DNA of 64,000 bases from Malacoraja senta. Its lineage: Eukaryota. The stretch lies in contig CM075988.1 in NCBI GenBank assembly GCA_038087875.1, positions 9,054,001 through 9,118,000 of the forward strand. Reading direction: 5' to 3'. The notes beneath the pieces are model-generated. The model saw only the letters and a list, made by a program, of their open reading frames with translations. It was not told the origin of the DNA and did not search any database. This document shows, in pieces, positions 12,021-24,599 of this stretch. A program made the position numbers and the translations under genes. Within the stretch, counting starts at the first letter, position 1. Each line of letters begins with the position of its first letter.

Positions 12021-14214
12021 CCTTCTACACTCATATTTCTCAAACATGCTTAAAATCTATTAGATCCTTCGTGTCCTTTTTTTACAGTACATTTCTCTCA
12101 ATGTGTTCACCTGCAATCATTCATCAAATGTTTCGTTTTTAGTTTGGAGATACAGCATGAAAGCAAACACAAAATGTTGGAGTAACTCAGTGGGCCAGGT
12201 AGCATCCCTGCAGAGCCTGGATTCAGGTCGGAGCCCTTCTCCAGACTGATTGTAGGGGGACGGGAAAGAAAGTTGGAAGAGGGATGGGGCAGGGCAGAGC
12301 ATGGGTGGGAATAGGTGAATGAAGATGGAGTAGGAGAATCATTGTTGATGGGCATGGGGTGCAGAAGGAAACTTAATGATGATGAAGGAACGGTAACGGA
12401 GTTTAGCAGTGCTGGAATAAGTGGCATTTGGGTGGTCAGGAGTAACAGCAGTAATAGATGCTGTCCCTTCTCTCCACAGCCTCCAGATGCCCAGCAGGTA
12501 ACTCTGTGTTGTGCTTTCCTGAACACAGTGACTGTCATGATGTGGGCTGCTATACCATGCAGTGGATCCTTTGTTGGCATATTGAAAATACCCAAATACT
12601 GTTGCATTCCTGGCTGAGTGTTATATGTATTCTGTCCTTTGTAGAATTGATGGGCCGAATGTTCTAATTCTGCTCCTATAACTTATGAACTTATGAACAT
12701 AGGCCACTCTGGCCCATTGAGTCGATGCACCCTCACGGAGTAAACCCCTCATCCCACTAGTGTTTCCTATGGTCTATTCTCCCCACAAGCGTTTCACTCC
12801 CTCCAGATTAATTCTGGACCACCTAGTTACGCCGATGGCAGATGCTGCTAAGGTCAAAGCTTGTCTCCAAGGTGTACAATGCCGCATAGAATATATTAGG
12901 AAGACCCTTGTGGATTATTCATGCCTTTGGAGAAGAATCTACAAAGCCCATACTGCAGGAAACTGTGCAAAGGTCAAATTATTTGGTTAATTGGGATGCA
13001 TGTGGCTATTGACATTCTAATTCAATCATTTGATAATGTGGAATTATTCTCATTAAGTGTACAAGAGCAGAACGGGGGCCACTGTTTTGAGTGGTCACAT
13101 TTGAACTAGGCTCTGATTGTTCTGTCAGCAGCATATTCCGTGTAAGTGAGAGAAATAAAACAAATACCTTTTACAGTTCAGAGTATAAAATATAGTGACA
13201 TTGCACATTCAATTGAACAAACATTCAATGTAATATCTGGAAGATTATCCAGAAAAGTATTTAAGACAGGTGAAAAGGGTACCTTTTAAATTATACATGT
13301 TACATGCTTTTTAACAAAAAGGATGGGATTCAGTAACTACAGTATGCTTTAAGTTGGATTTCTGCCAAGAAGAAGGATTATTCCATTGAGGGTCTCACTA
13401 AAATTCCCATGAAGCCATCTTTGACAAAGTATTTAATTAGTACAGTATCAGAAGGGAAAATTCTGACTTTCAAAGATTTCAATTTTTGATGCTAATGATC
13501 GACTCATTCATTGAAATGAGCTGTGAATTCCCTCTCATCAACAAATTTATTTTAACTTTCTTTGAACTGATCACAGCTTTAATGCAGCCATTAGACTAAC
13601 AATAGACAATCGGTCCAGCAGAAGATATTTTGTTTATGATTTTATACGAGATTCTAAAAATTGTTGTAATCTATTTCCTTCTTGACAATATTCCCATTGC
13701 AAACTCAAAGGGGTCAGGTGAAAGAAGCACTTGCCCTGAAGTTTGAGCAACCTTGTTGACCAGGGACTCCACGAAATGCTATGGACACAGGCCATTTGAA
13801 GATTTGTGTTGTTGTTAAATATTAACTCATATTTGCCTAGAAATTCAGATATGATGCTAAATATTTCCATGAGCATCGGTCTGTTGTTATCCGTCACTGT
13901 TATTTATTTCATTAACTTAATGATCAAAATTCAGTGGGTATGTACAATACTGTTCGACACATTGAATGCTAGCAACCACTAAATTAATTTCTAAGCATCT
14001 GGGTTCTCCTGCACTATTATCATTATGGGTTAAAGCCTTCATCCAGGAATTGCTTCAGATTCTGTGCTAGCTGGAGCTAAGTCCCTAATGATATAATTGG
14101 CCTACAGATTAAGAGTTGTTTTGATTCAGTTCAATGTTTTTACTAATTTCTCAATTTGTATGTTTTTTCCCTTAACTGTTCCCTTATCTTATTATTTTTG
14201 ACATACATCTGAAT

Positions 14215-14482
14215 TTAGGTTAGTTTATTTTGGAGATACAAATTGGAAATGGGTCCTTTGGCCCACTGAGTCACGCCGACCACCGATCACCATACACATA
14301 TCCTACAGACGAGGGACAATTTACAGAAGAGAATTAACCTACAAACCTGCACGTCTTTGGAATGAGGTGGAAACCGGAGCACTCTAAAGAAAATCCAGGG
14401 AGAACGTACAAATTCCGTACAGACAGCACCCGTAGTCAGGATCAATCCCAGGTCTCTGCCGCTATAAACCATCAACTCTACA
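14215..14482 (-). mobile_element. HE1-like V-SINE
   Basis: Reverse complement of the SINE consensus (V-domain and tail). Confidence 0.8.
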
Positions 14483-15189
14483 GACTGGTTTTTTTTGTTG
14501 TATTATTCGCCTGTGTTGTAATGGTTTTTGGCACCTTTGCATGTCAGATTGTTAAAGCTATCAACAACTTTGGCACAATTCAATGTTCCACTCACAACTT
14601 TGACTTTTGTCGAAGCTTGTTAGAGACAGAACCTCACACTTTATGAACTGAGGCTCAGTTTCCATTCAGAATTCAAACCTGGGCAGTGTTGGTGTATAAA
14701 GGAATGCTGGCTTAGTCTCTTTAATACTTCTCAAATGACAATCCATCCTGTCTGTTTTGTTTACATTGAATGACACAGTTTTAATCTTTCTATAAAACTC
14801 TGTCACATTTTCAATTTTGATCACAACTCCTTAAATGCCCCTTAATTATCAGATTATTAATTTGTCACTTTTCATTGGTCAAAACAAGCAATTTGGACAT
14901 AAATATCCAATGGTTGGTCAGTAAGTTTGCAGACATCAAAATTGGGGGATAATGAGGCATGTTTTTGAACTTTACTGCAGGGTACAGATCAGTTACAAAA
15001 ATGGAAGGAGAAGTGGCGGATGGAATTTAATCAGAGCAAAGGTGAGGTGTTGCACATTGGTATGTTGTATGTAAGGGGAAAGTATAAAGGTAATGATGTG
15101 CAGAAGGACCTTTCTCTGGTCTGTATGACTGTGTGTCTATGATTCTAAACCAGTGAGACGCTGGAGAATATGCAAGTTCCTACTCAAAT

Positions 15190-15620
15190 TACCCTTCCTG
15201 ACCTGAGCCTCCTCCATTATCAGAGTGAGGCCCAGCGCAAATTGGAGGAACAGCACCTCATATTTTGCTTGGACAGCTTACATCCCAGTGGTATGAATAT
15301 TGAGTTCTCTAACTCCAAGTAACCCTTGCTTTCCCTCTCTCTCCATCCCTCCCCTTCCTAGTTCACCAACTAGTCTGACTGTCCCCCTGATTAAATGTTA
15401 TCTCTGTATGCTTTGTTGTCACCTTTTCCAAGCTAACAATGATCTATTCTCCATTTTCCTTAAAACCTCATCCCCTTTGATGTTTAGTTTTCACACCTTA
15501 TCTGTGTGTCTCCCTCCCCCTGACTCAGTCTGAAGAAGGCTCAACGCGAAACGTCACCCATTCCTTCTAACCAGCGATGTAGTCTGTCCCGCTAAATTAC
15601 TCCAGTATTTTGTGTCTATC
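15190..15620 (+). mobile_element. Penelope-like element 3' end with terminal repeat
   Basis: EEQHLIFCL..LHPSGMNIEFS followed by a 3' region ending in ctgaagaagg...gaaacgtcacccattcc. Confidence 0.75.
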
Positions 15621-16765
15621 CTTGAACTCTTTATCCCATCACTGTGAGAATGCCTCCATAGAAGGATGGAGGTAACTACAGATGGTGTCACCGTGAAGGG
15701 CATTAGGGACTGCCAGTGGCTCCCTCATTTATTCATCTCAAGCATGGATTAAAACGAGAAAATTGCGGGGAAAGAACAATGGATTTTGCATTCCTTTGAG
15801 ACTGGATTATAAACCAGATACTGTGAATACACATCTGATATTCTGTGACCAGACATCACCAGATTGTTAACCATGCAGTGTTAATTAGTTTTGAACAAAA
15901 TAGCTTGCTTAATTCCCAAAGGAAATATGGGCTCTTCTGCAAAATGTTTCACTTGTGATTTTTTATAGACGGATATATTCCATTAGCCTTAGTCCATTGA
16001 CAAGGGTGGCTGAATCAATCACAATGATCAAAACAAGTCAAAAACTAACAAATTCTCAAATTAATGCAGGACTTTAATTAGTCAGACCCTGGAGATCTCA
16101 CATTCTCACAGTTATCACCACTAATTAGGCGTATCTGGAGTAAAATTACATTAACCTTTCAGGAAAAGCAGAATGTGAAAATGTTCATTTAACACCGAAC
16201 GTGAAAGACAATCTCGTTTACTCATCTTCCTGCTGGGGTCTGGTATTACCCCAGGCTGGGTGTCCGGTATTTTTCCGGTCATAGAATCATAGAGTCATAC
16301 AGCGTAAAAATAGGTCCTTTGCCCCAACATGCCCACACCAACTAACGTGTCCCATCTACATGAGTCTCACCTGCCTGCATTTGGCTCATCTATATTACTA
16401 AAAGTAAGATCTTGACCACTTCCTGTTTTTCTGTTTCATGATTTTTGAAAAAACGCTGCCACTTACGGCTGTGATTTTTGGCCATCTTACTTAGAGTCAC
16501 CCTCCGCTGCGCAGGACAAGAGGATTTTTCCGATCAATGAAAAATAAAAGAGTTATTAATGTTTAAAAAATGTTGACATTCTCTCTGCTGCCCCTGCTGG
16601 TGGGAGGGGGAGGGACTATAAAACCCAGAAGTGTTGCGCCTCACTCAGTCTCTGCAAGATGGAGGAAGTGAGAGGGTCAAGTCTTTCTGAGCTGTGAATA
16701 ACACTGAACACATGTCTACTCACCTGTGAGTGCCCTTAATGTGGTTTGAAAATGAAAATGTGGTT

Positions 16766-17116
16766 GCTTTGAAATGCTGCACTGCAAATGGTTGTTGGTG
16801 GTGGTAACTGCTTTAAAATGCTGCACTGCAAATGGTTGTTGGTGGGGGTAACTGCTTTGAAATGCTGCACTGCAAATGGTTGTTGGTGGTGGTAACTGCT
16901 TTGAAATGCTGCACTGCAAATGGTTGTTGTTGGTGGTAACTGCTTTGAAATGCTGCACTGCAAATGATTGTTGGTGGTGGTAACTGCTTTGAAATGCTGC
17001 ACTGCAAATGGTTGTTGGTGGTGGTAACTGCTTTGAAATGCTGCACTGCAAATGGTTGTTGGTGGTGGTAACTGCTTTGAAATGCTGCACTGCAAATGGT
17101 TGTTGGTGGTGGTAAC
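16766..17116 (+). repeat. 44-bp minisatellite (8 copies) inside Helitron H2
   Basis: Unit gctttgaaatgctgcactgcaaatggttgttggtggtggtaact. Confidence 0.93.
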
Positions 17117-17294
17117 TTGACTACTTCCTGTTTGCACTGTATATTGATTTTAGATAAAATGCTACCGCTTACGAATGTGATTTTTGGCCGTCTTACTCAG
17201 TCCCCCTCTGCTAATCAGATGCAGAGGATTCTTCCCATCAACGAAAAATAACAGTGTTATTAGTGTTTAAAAAAATGTTGAGAATCTCTCTCTC

Positions 17295-17382
17295 CTGTCA
17301 ATCACACCATGAAAGCCACGCCCCTTCTGGTGGGAGGGGGGAGGGATTATAAAACCCGGAAGTGTGGGTGTGGCTCAGTCTC
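17295..17382 (+). promoter_or_regulatory. Putative Pol II core promoter cassette carried by the Helitron
   Basis: CTGTCAATCA (17295-17304), GCCACGCCCC, G-rich box, TATAAAA (17348-17354), CCGGAAGT, and Inr-like TCAGTCT with its A 29 nt from the TATA T. Similar arrangement at 16617-16651 and 8817-8883. Confidence 0.45.
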
Positions 17383-17506
17383 TGCAAGGTGGGGGAGGGA
17401 GAAGTCACGACTGTCTGAGCTGTGAATCAACTGAACACACTGAATGTCTACTGAACTGTGAGTGTGGTGTTTATGTGGTGTTTTGTGTGGTTTTATGATG
17501 ATTTTA

Positions 17507-17772
17507 TGGTGGTTTCACCCTGCTTGAAATGGCATGAAACTGCATTTGAATGTGGTGGCCTTGCACCCTGCATGAAATGGTATGAAACCACTTCCATTTG
17601 GTTGTCTTGCACCCTGCTTGAAGTGGTGTGAAATTGCACTTGAATTTGGTGGCCTTGCACCCTGCTTGAAGTGGTATGAAACTGCACTTGAATTTGGTAG
17701 CCTTGCACCCTGCTTGAAATGGTAGGAAACTGCATTTGAATTTGGTGGCCTTGCACCCTGCTTGAAATGGAA
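17507..17772 (+). repeat. ~48-bp minisatellite (~5.5 copies) inside Helitron H2, related to the 41-bp unit of H1
   Basis: Unit approx. tggtggccttgcaccctgcttgaaatggtatgaaactgcatttgaatt. Confidence 0.88.
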
Positions 17773-19769
17773 TTTCAAGGAATAACAGTGAGTCAACTGA
17801 TCGCCCACCAGCCATGAGTGATCTGCCAGCACATCAGGGTTGAGTGACTGAGCTGTCACCCCAAGAATCCATTTGGCCCACAATGTCCATACTAGCCCTT
17901 TGGAAACCAGTCTCTTCAGCCCACAATACCCATACTAGCGCTCCAGAAAGCCCCCCCCCCCCCACTGGCCATCAATATTGGAATTAGTGGAGAGGTGGAA
18001 TATTGCGTTGGGAACATGGGACCCAATGGATCCCACTTAGTCTAGTATCCCTCTAAACCTATCATATCCATGCACCGGTCCAAATGTTTCTTAAAGGTTG
18101 CGATAGTCCCTGCCTCAACTACCTCCTCCGGAAGCTCATTCCATACACCCACCACACTTTTTGTATAAAAGATACCCCTGAGTTTCCTAATAAATCTTCT
18201 CCCCCTTCACCTCAAACCTATGTCCTCTGGTTCTCGACTCCCCTACTCTGGGCAAGAGACTCTGTGCGTTTACCCGAGCTATTCCTCTCATGATTTTGTA
18301 CACCTTTATAAGATCACCCCTCATCCTCCCGCGCTTCAAGAAATGGGGTCCTAGCTCAGACAACCTCAGTCTGTGACTACAGGAAGTAAACAAAAGCAGA
18401 CTTCGATGCATCAACACATTTTTGAAATACAGCGCGCCGGCCATATAGAATTGTTTGAAGAAACAGCCCCCCCAAAATATCAGCCAGTAAATATCTTTAC
18501 TGAGGGTCAGTCAATCAATCTGGTGCGAATTTCAATCTCCTGGTTTAATTCAAATACTTCATGACACATCATTCTCCATATGAGCCAAGATTGACACAGA
18601 ATGTGAAATAGACTGATCTGGTCATTCTTCAAATGCCTTTCTGAAAATAAAAAGCAAACCGTGTAATTGCATTATTTATTATGGCAACAATATATTTTGC
18701 TTGGAGTTCAGATGATGGAAGGTTTACTGGAGGGGAATATTCAGATGAAAGGAAATAAATAAAACATGAAGGTGACATTCAGGGAGGAAGAGACAATTTG
18801 CACAGTGAGTGGTATCCTTGCTCTAATGGGAGCAAGAAGACATTTTTCTCTTGTTTAGCTGGTTGGCATCCTCCAGTTAATTGGAGCAGTAACAAGAAGC
18901 TTTGCTTCTCTCAGCTGTTCAGGCCAGGTTGTGGACAGAACCTTCTGTTCCTTCTGTCTCATGTCCGGCTGTGGATATCTGTTGTTGCCCGATCAGATAA
19001 GGCATTGTTTTGCCTGATTGATCACGATTGCTTGTTAAGCTACAACCTTAAGGCTGTTCTGTAAATTGAAGAACTAAAGAAAATAAAATTTTAATCACAG
19101 AACTTCAGAATATCCAAAGGCATAACACAGCCAATGAAATGTGTGGCCACTGATGTCGTGAAGAGAAATATTTAGCATAACCAGTACAGAAAATGTTTTT
19201 TTCAAGTTTATCAAATGCCCGAAGTTTCAGCTTCACACAGAATCAATTCAATCCCAGATAGAAATTAAATACTGGGGCTGGAATGATTCCTTACAGATGA
19301 TCTGCATGACCTGTACTTTTTCCCTTAACGAGAAAAATAGGTTACAATTTTGATTAAGACTCAACTAGATGAACCCAATCTTTATTTTTGATTATCTTTA
19401 AGTGAATCAGTGTGGTTTAGTAATGCCTGATTCTGTCTTAGACCAATGCCAACACTCTAATGGGAGAATGTATTTGAACACCAAGTAACAAGACTCTTAA
19501 CTAGAAAGGTGATCTATGGCTCCAGATGTCACTGACTGAGTCCAACATCAGGTGCAGAGATCATTGTTGTATCTAATACTACCCAACATTTGTCATGATC
19601 TTGAGACTGGCTTTGTTTGAAACACTACTGGAATTTAATTACTGGACTTTAGTAACACAAATAATTTTGCCCGTTGGTATGGTCTTCTCAGATATCAAAT
19701 AGTGTTTTCTCTGGTTGAGTGGACAGAGCCCCGAGCTTGTCAATTAGTTTGAGATAGTTTGATTGCACT

Positions 19770-21330
19770 AATTCAGCCTAACAAAGGATATATTCATTGA
19801 GCAAATATACTGTATATTCAAAAAGCATTTAATTACATTGACAGGTGATGATCTTTCCTTGCCAGACTGCAGGGAGACTCCCCTGTGGCTATTGTGGTCA
19901 GACTTGTGTCCTTTCCTGAAGATGCTCGTGGTCAATGCATCTTTAACGTTCATTGCAATTTCCTCATCTTCCCTGATATGGGCAATGAGATTTTGGCTGA
20001 AGCCTTTTTAGGACTGAAGCCCTTCACTGCCAAGTTATCGGACTTCAGTAGTGATACCATCTGTTCCTGGGGTTATGTTTATTTTTGAGCTGAGTTATGG
20101 CCTTCTTGACTTCTTGTTGAACAGGCGGGGAGGCACAGTGTTCGTGTTGCTGCCTCACAGCACCAGAGAGCCGGGTTCAATACTGACTACCGGTGCTGTC
20201 TGTACAGAGTTTGTACGTTCTACTTGTGACCACGTGGGGTTTTTCCGGGTGCTCCGGTTTCCTCCCACACACCAAAGACGTACAGGTTTGTAGGTTAATT
20301 GACTATGGTAAGTTGCTCAATTGTCCCTAGAGTGTGTAGGTTAGTGTGCGGGGTGATCGCTGGTCAGTGCAGACTCAGTGGGACGAAGGGCATGTTCCCG
20401 CAATGTATCTCTGAAGTCTGAAGTCTGAGTGGAGGCAAGGCTGGTGTAAGATGGGCTGTTTTGGGATCGAGTCAGCTGTGTTCACACCAAGGTAGAATCA
20501 CAGTTGAGGAGATTATAGTCACAGAGAGAGATGCTGCGTGGAAATAAACCCCTTGGCCCATCGAGTCCATGCTGACTATCAAACACAGATTTTTATTCCC
20601 CCACATTCTCATCAACTCTACCCCAGATTCTTCCATTCACCTATACACATGGACCAGTTAACCTAAGCAAACAAAAGCCCCTGATTTCAGGGAGAAAATG
20701 CAAAGTTCACACAGACAACAGTGAAGGTCAGGATTGAACTGTGATCACTGGTGCTATGTGGCAGCACCTCTACCTTTTGTGCCACTGTGTCATCTAAAGA
20801 TGTTTGAAGTGCCCTTTCTGTAGGTGTTCAATGCATCTCTGTTCCTGATAAGTTCATCTCCATTTCTGGTTCTCATTGCATGGCGCCTTGGGTGCTGAAG
20901 CCTTAGATTTTTATTTTTCTCAGGCCTGAAGAGCTAACACATATCATGGGTGTCAATATATTCCTGAGACTTACTCTCTTCATCTACCATCTGCTCTTTC
21001 GGTCCCAGCTTTTCTGCTGGGTCTCTGTATTCTGGTATCTTTTTTTTTTGCTTTGATGGAGGGTGAAAATTCCAGTCCGGGAACACCTTACACTTGCATT
21101 GAATTAGTCCCTCGATCTCCTGGTCATTCTCTACAAACCAGTCCTTGTTACTTCTGTTCGAGTAACTGAGAATTTGTTCCAAGATGCCAATTATGGCAGG
21201 TTTCAATTTGGCTCATCAACTGTGGACATTCTGCTGCTCTTGGAGCGAACAAGTTGTTTGTAGGACGCTACCTGAGAAACTGCAGGTTTTCTGATTCGTT
21301 GAGAATTTTGACATTGTCCCCTGAATCGGA
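19770..21330 (-). mobile_element. Old RTE-type LINE remnants interrupted by SINEs
   Basis: Minus-strand peptides KDA..T.IFRKG.KSD.N.HRGVSL (19768..19953) and KDWF.END.EI..LI (20934..21206), typical of RTE ORFs. Confidence 0.55.
20130..20425 (+). mobile_element. HE1-like V-SINE
   Basis: tRNA-like head, V-domain, CR1-like tail. Confidence 0.82.
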
Positions 21331-22557
21331 GCGCAGATTTCATCCAAAGATGGACACAAAGTACTGGAGTAACTCAGAGGGCCAGGTATCGTCTCCGGAG
21401 AAAAGGATTAGGTGACGTTTCAGGTCAAGGCTCTTCTTCAGTCTGAAGATAGACACAAAATGCCGGAATAACTCAACGGGTCAGGTATCATCTCAGAAGT
21501 AAAAGATTAGGTGATGTTTCAGGTCGGCGCTCTTCTTCAGACTGAATGTAAGGGGTGGGGGTGGGAGTGAAGAGCTGGAGGCAAGGTTCTGTTAAGGATG
21601 CTATAAAAATACAATGGATCTTGTTGATAATGTGAAAGAATATATTATTACTCTGGATCTGATTCATGACAGTGCAAGACTGAAATTTAAATAAAAATAA
21701 CCAAGAATACATATCTGGAAGAAAATTCAATTATGGATATGAGTGGCATCCAAAATAAATAAATAAATGATATCCAACAAAATAGAGATGATGTGTGCTC
21801 TACAGAGGATTTAGAAAGTGCGAGGGTCTCAGAATTTCCCTTAATTATCACAATTGTAATCTTGCCATTTCCACTGTTTTAGCTTTAGGGAGCTAATCAA
21901 CTTTCTCCCCAATTTGAAAGATAAATCACTTCAAGGATAATAATTGTACGTGCTTTCTGGGAATAAAGTGTGTCACTGAGTAATGGAGCTTATTCAAAAT
22001 TGTAATCATTAGATTGCCGACTCAAATTCCTGGATACCCTGAATCACATATTCAGGAAATAAATAACACACGAGAGGGTATGTATGCGTGTGAGCAAAAC
22101 AAAGAGCTGCAGTCTGATTAATCAAGCACTCATGTTTGTGCTCTTGACATTTTAGTTGAGAAGAAGCAAACAAGTCTGAAGAAGGGTCTCGACCTGAAAC
22201 GTAATCCATTCCTTCAATCCAGAGATGCTGCCTGTCCCATTGAGTTACTCCAGCATTCTCTGCCTATCTTTGGTGTAAACCAGCATCTGCAATTCCTTCC
22301 AACACATTACAGTGAAGAATGTCTTTATTTGCTCCACTCCCTATCCTGAATCTTCTTTGCAATCGTGTAGTCGTTCCTATGAATTGATGTCGAGAATTTC
22401 ATAATCTTAGTTTATTCAGATATAAGCATTTGCTTTAGCCTCAAGGTATTATCTGAAATAAATTATTTGTTATTTCTAGATGTGTAAAAATCAGCAGAAT
22501 CGTTGACAGTTCGGAATAAAAAGACTGATTTTATATGTGCAACTATTTAGAATATCT

Positions 22558-22812
22558 GGTGGCGTGGCGGTCGAGTTGCTGCCTTTACAGCGCCAGAGAC
22601 CCGAGTATGATCCTCCTGACTATGGGCGCTGTCTGTACGGAGTTTTATGTTCTCCCCGTGACCTGCGTGGGCTTTCTCCGAGATCTTCGGTTTCCTCCCA
22701 CACTCCAAAGAGGTACATGTTTGGAGGTTAATTGGCTTGGTATAAATGTAAATTTCCCTAGTGGGCATGAAGGGCCTATTTCCGTGTTTGTTTCTCTAAA
22801 ACTAAACTAAAA
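22558..22812 (+). mobile_element. HE1-like V-SINE (internal deletion)
   Basis: tRNA-like head, V-domain, (ctaaa)n tail. Confidence 0.8.
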
Positions 22813-24511
22813 TACCTTTATACGACTTAAATACCCATATTATAAACACACCATCCTCTGAACCAATGTGGGGAGGCTATGATGCGTGATTTGAAAGGCA
22901 AAATATATCCTTCCTGCTATTGGAACTAGACTGGCGTACAATATTCCAGATATGGACTCACTGGTGGCCTGCATAATTGAAGAAGTTTCCACTCTTGCTC
23001 CCAAATTCTCTTTACAACAAATGCCAGTGTACCATTTGTCTTCCTAATTGTTTCCTGTTCCTGATTGTTGTTTTTATCTAAATTGTGTGCGAGAATATCT
23101 GGATCCTTCTGAACACACCTTTCAAACCTAAAACTATTTCTAAAATATTCGGCTTTTTTATTTCTTCAATGTGTAACAAACACTATTTTCTGCATTATAT
23201 TTTATTTGCCATGGTTTTGGCCATTCAATTAATTTGTCTGTATCTCCGAGAAACCACACCGCATCTCTTCTCAGACCTCATACTTCCATCCACCAAAGTT
23301 GTGTCATCGGCGTCCTTGGATATATTGTACTTGATCCCTTCATCAAAATCATTGAAATAGATTGTGAACAGCATTGATCAGAGGACAACAACACCTTACT
23401 GTTCACAGCCTTTCAACCTGAAACAGAAAACCCACTTAATCCCACTTTTTGCTTCCTGTTTGTTAACCAACCCTCAATACATGCTAATATATATATATTA
23501 CCAACAATAATGTGCACTCCAATTTTGTTTAATAACCTCTTGTGTTTTCATCGGTCACTCCAAACGAGTATGAATGTCCTCTCCATAGGGTTGTCTACTT
23601 GTGGGTCTGCAGATGTCTGTAGAGGTCAATCTGCAATCCGCACAGCTTGGTGCAACGTGGAGGACTTAATCCAGGGTGCTATTCCCTCTATGGAGGACGC
23701 CTGTGAGTGACTTTGTTTAATGTGGGGAAACTGGTGCACAGACAGCCACCACATGGTTCTTGACAGATCTGGGTCAGTATCCAGTGGCATGAAATCCAAG
23801 ACGACCGGAAACCCTTTTCTGCTGCAGCCTTCATCCGCTTTCCCAGCCGTTGTGACACTCCACTAAAGTGTGCCATCATCCTCCGCATGTTCCACCATTG
23901 AGGTCTTCGTTGGATTGCTCTTTGTCAGAGATCTCCCCCTCGACCTTACCGCCATGGATGGCCCTACCAGAGACGGCATTGCTCTCAGGACCACAAAAGC
24001 TTCTCCACCGCGACAAAGTGACAATCCATGGTCAAATACCTCTATTAGTTAGATTACTGTCATCAGTACACAGTTAGCTCCCACTCTTGTCTGCCTACTT
24101 TCTCCCTTTTTTTATTTTATCATGAATTTTCCGAAGAGGTGCTAATTGGCAATTGGTTGACACCCGGTGCAGTTTTCCTCTCTCCAGCCCAATTTGTTAA
24201 TGTCTAACGATATGGGCTGACATGAGCTAAATTCTGATTTAAATTGCTGTGCTTTCCATAAACAAACTCGTTAACCTTCTTCAGGCCTTCACCTTCAAAT
24301 TCCAATGTTGCTCAGAAACAATCATAAGCCAGTCTGAAGATAGACACAAAAAGCTGGAGTAACTCAGTGGGTCAGGCAGCATCTCTGGAGAAAAGGAATA
24401 GGTGATGTTTCAGGTCGAGACCCTTCTTCAGACTTCAGCTGAGTTACTCCAGCTTTTTTGTGTCTTTGGTTTAAACCAGCATCTGCATTCCTTCTTACAC
24501 ATAAGTCTGCC

Positions 24512-24599
24512 TTATTGATTGGGAACAGAAAGAGAGGTAGATTTCAAAACAATAACAAATTGATAATGAACTCACTCTCTTTCTGTTCCCAATCAATAA
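24512..24599. repeat. Perfect 25-bp inverted repeat with 38-nt spacer
   Basis: ttattgattgggaacagaaagagag (24512-24536) / ctctctttctgttcccaatcaataa (24575-24599). Confidence 0.9.

Larger units (their letters stand above)
16389..18045 (+). mobile_element. Non-autonomous Helitron (copy H2) with duplicated 5' module and two minisatellites
   Basis: A|TCTATATTACTAAAAG ... TGGGACCCAATGGATCCCA hairpin ... CTAG|T. The 5' module ~16410-16720 is repeated at ~17117-17460. Confidence 0.88.
16280..18372 (-). mobile_element. CR1-clade LINE 3' fragment split by Helitron H2 (pieces ~16280-16388 and 18046-~18372)
   Basis: Joining the flanks restores ttggctca|tatccctctaaacc, matching the intact CR1 tail at ~11535-11556. 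ORF 18187..18444 contains RGDLI.VYKIMRG...ESRTRGH. Confidence 0.85.

Noticed and set aside
12107..12617. 166-aa and 100-aa ORFs
   Set aside because: Composite of a Penelope-type terminal repeat and other decayed repeat sequence; no coding signature.
16716..17883. Multiple overlapping 77-133 aa repetitive ORFs
   Set aside because: Translations of the 44-bp and ~48-bp minisatellites.
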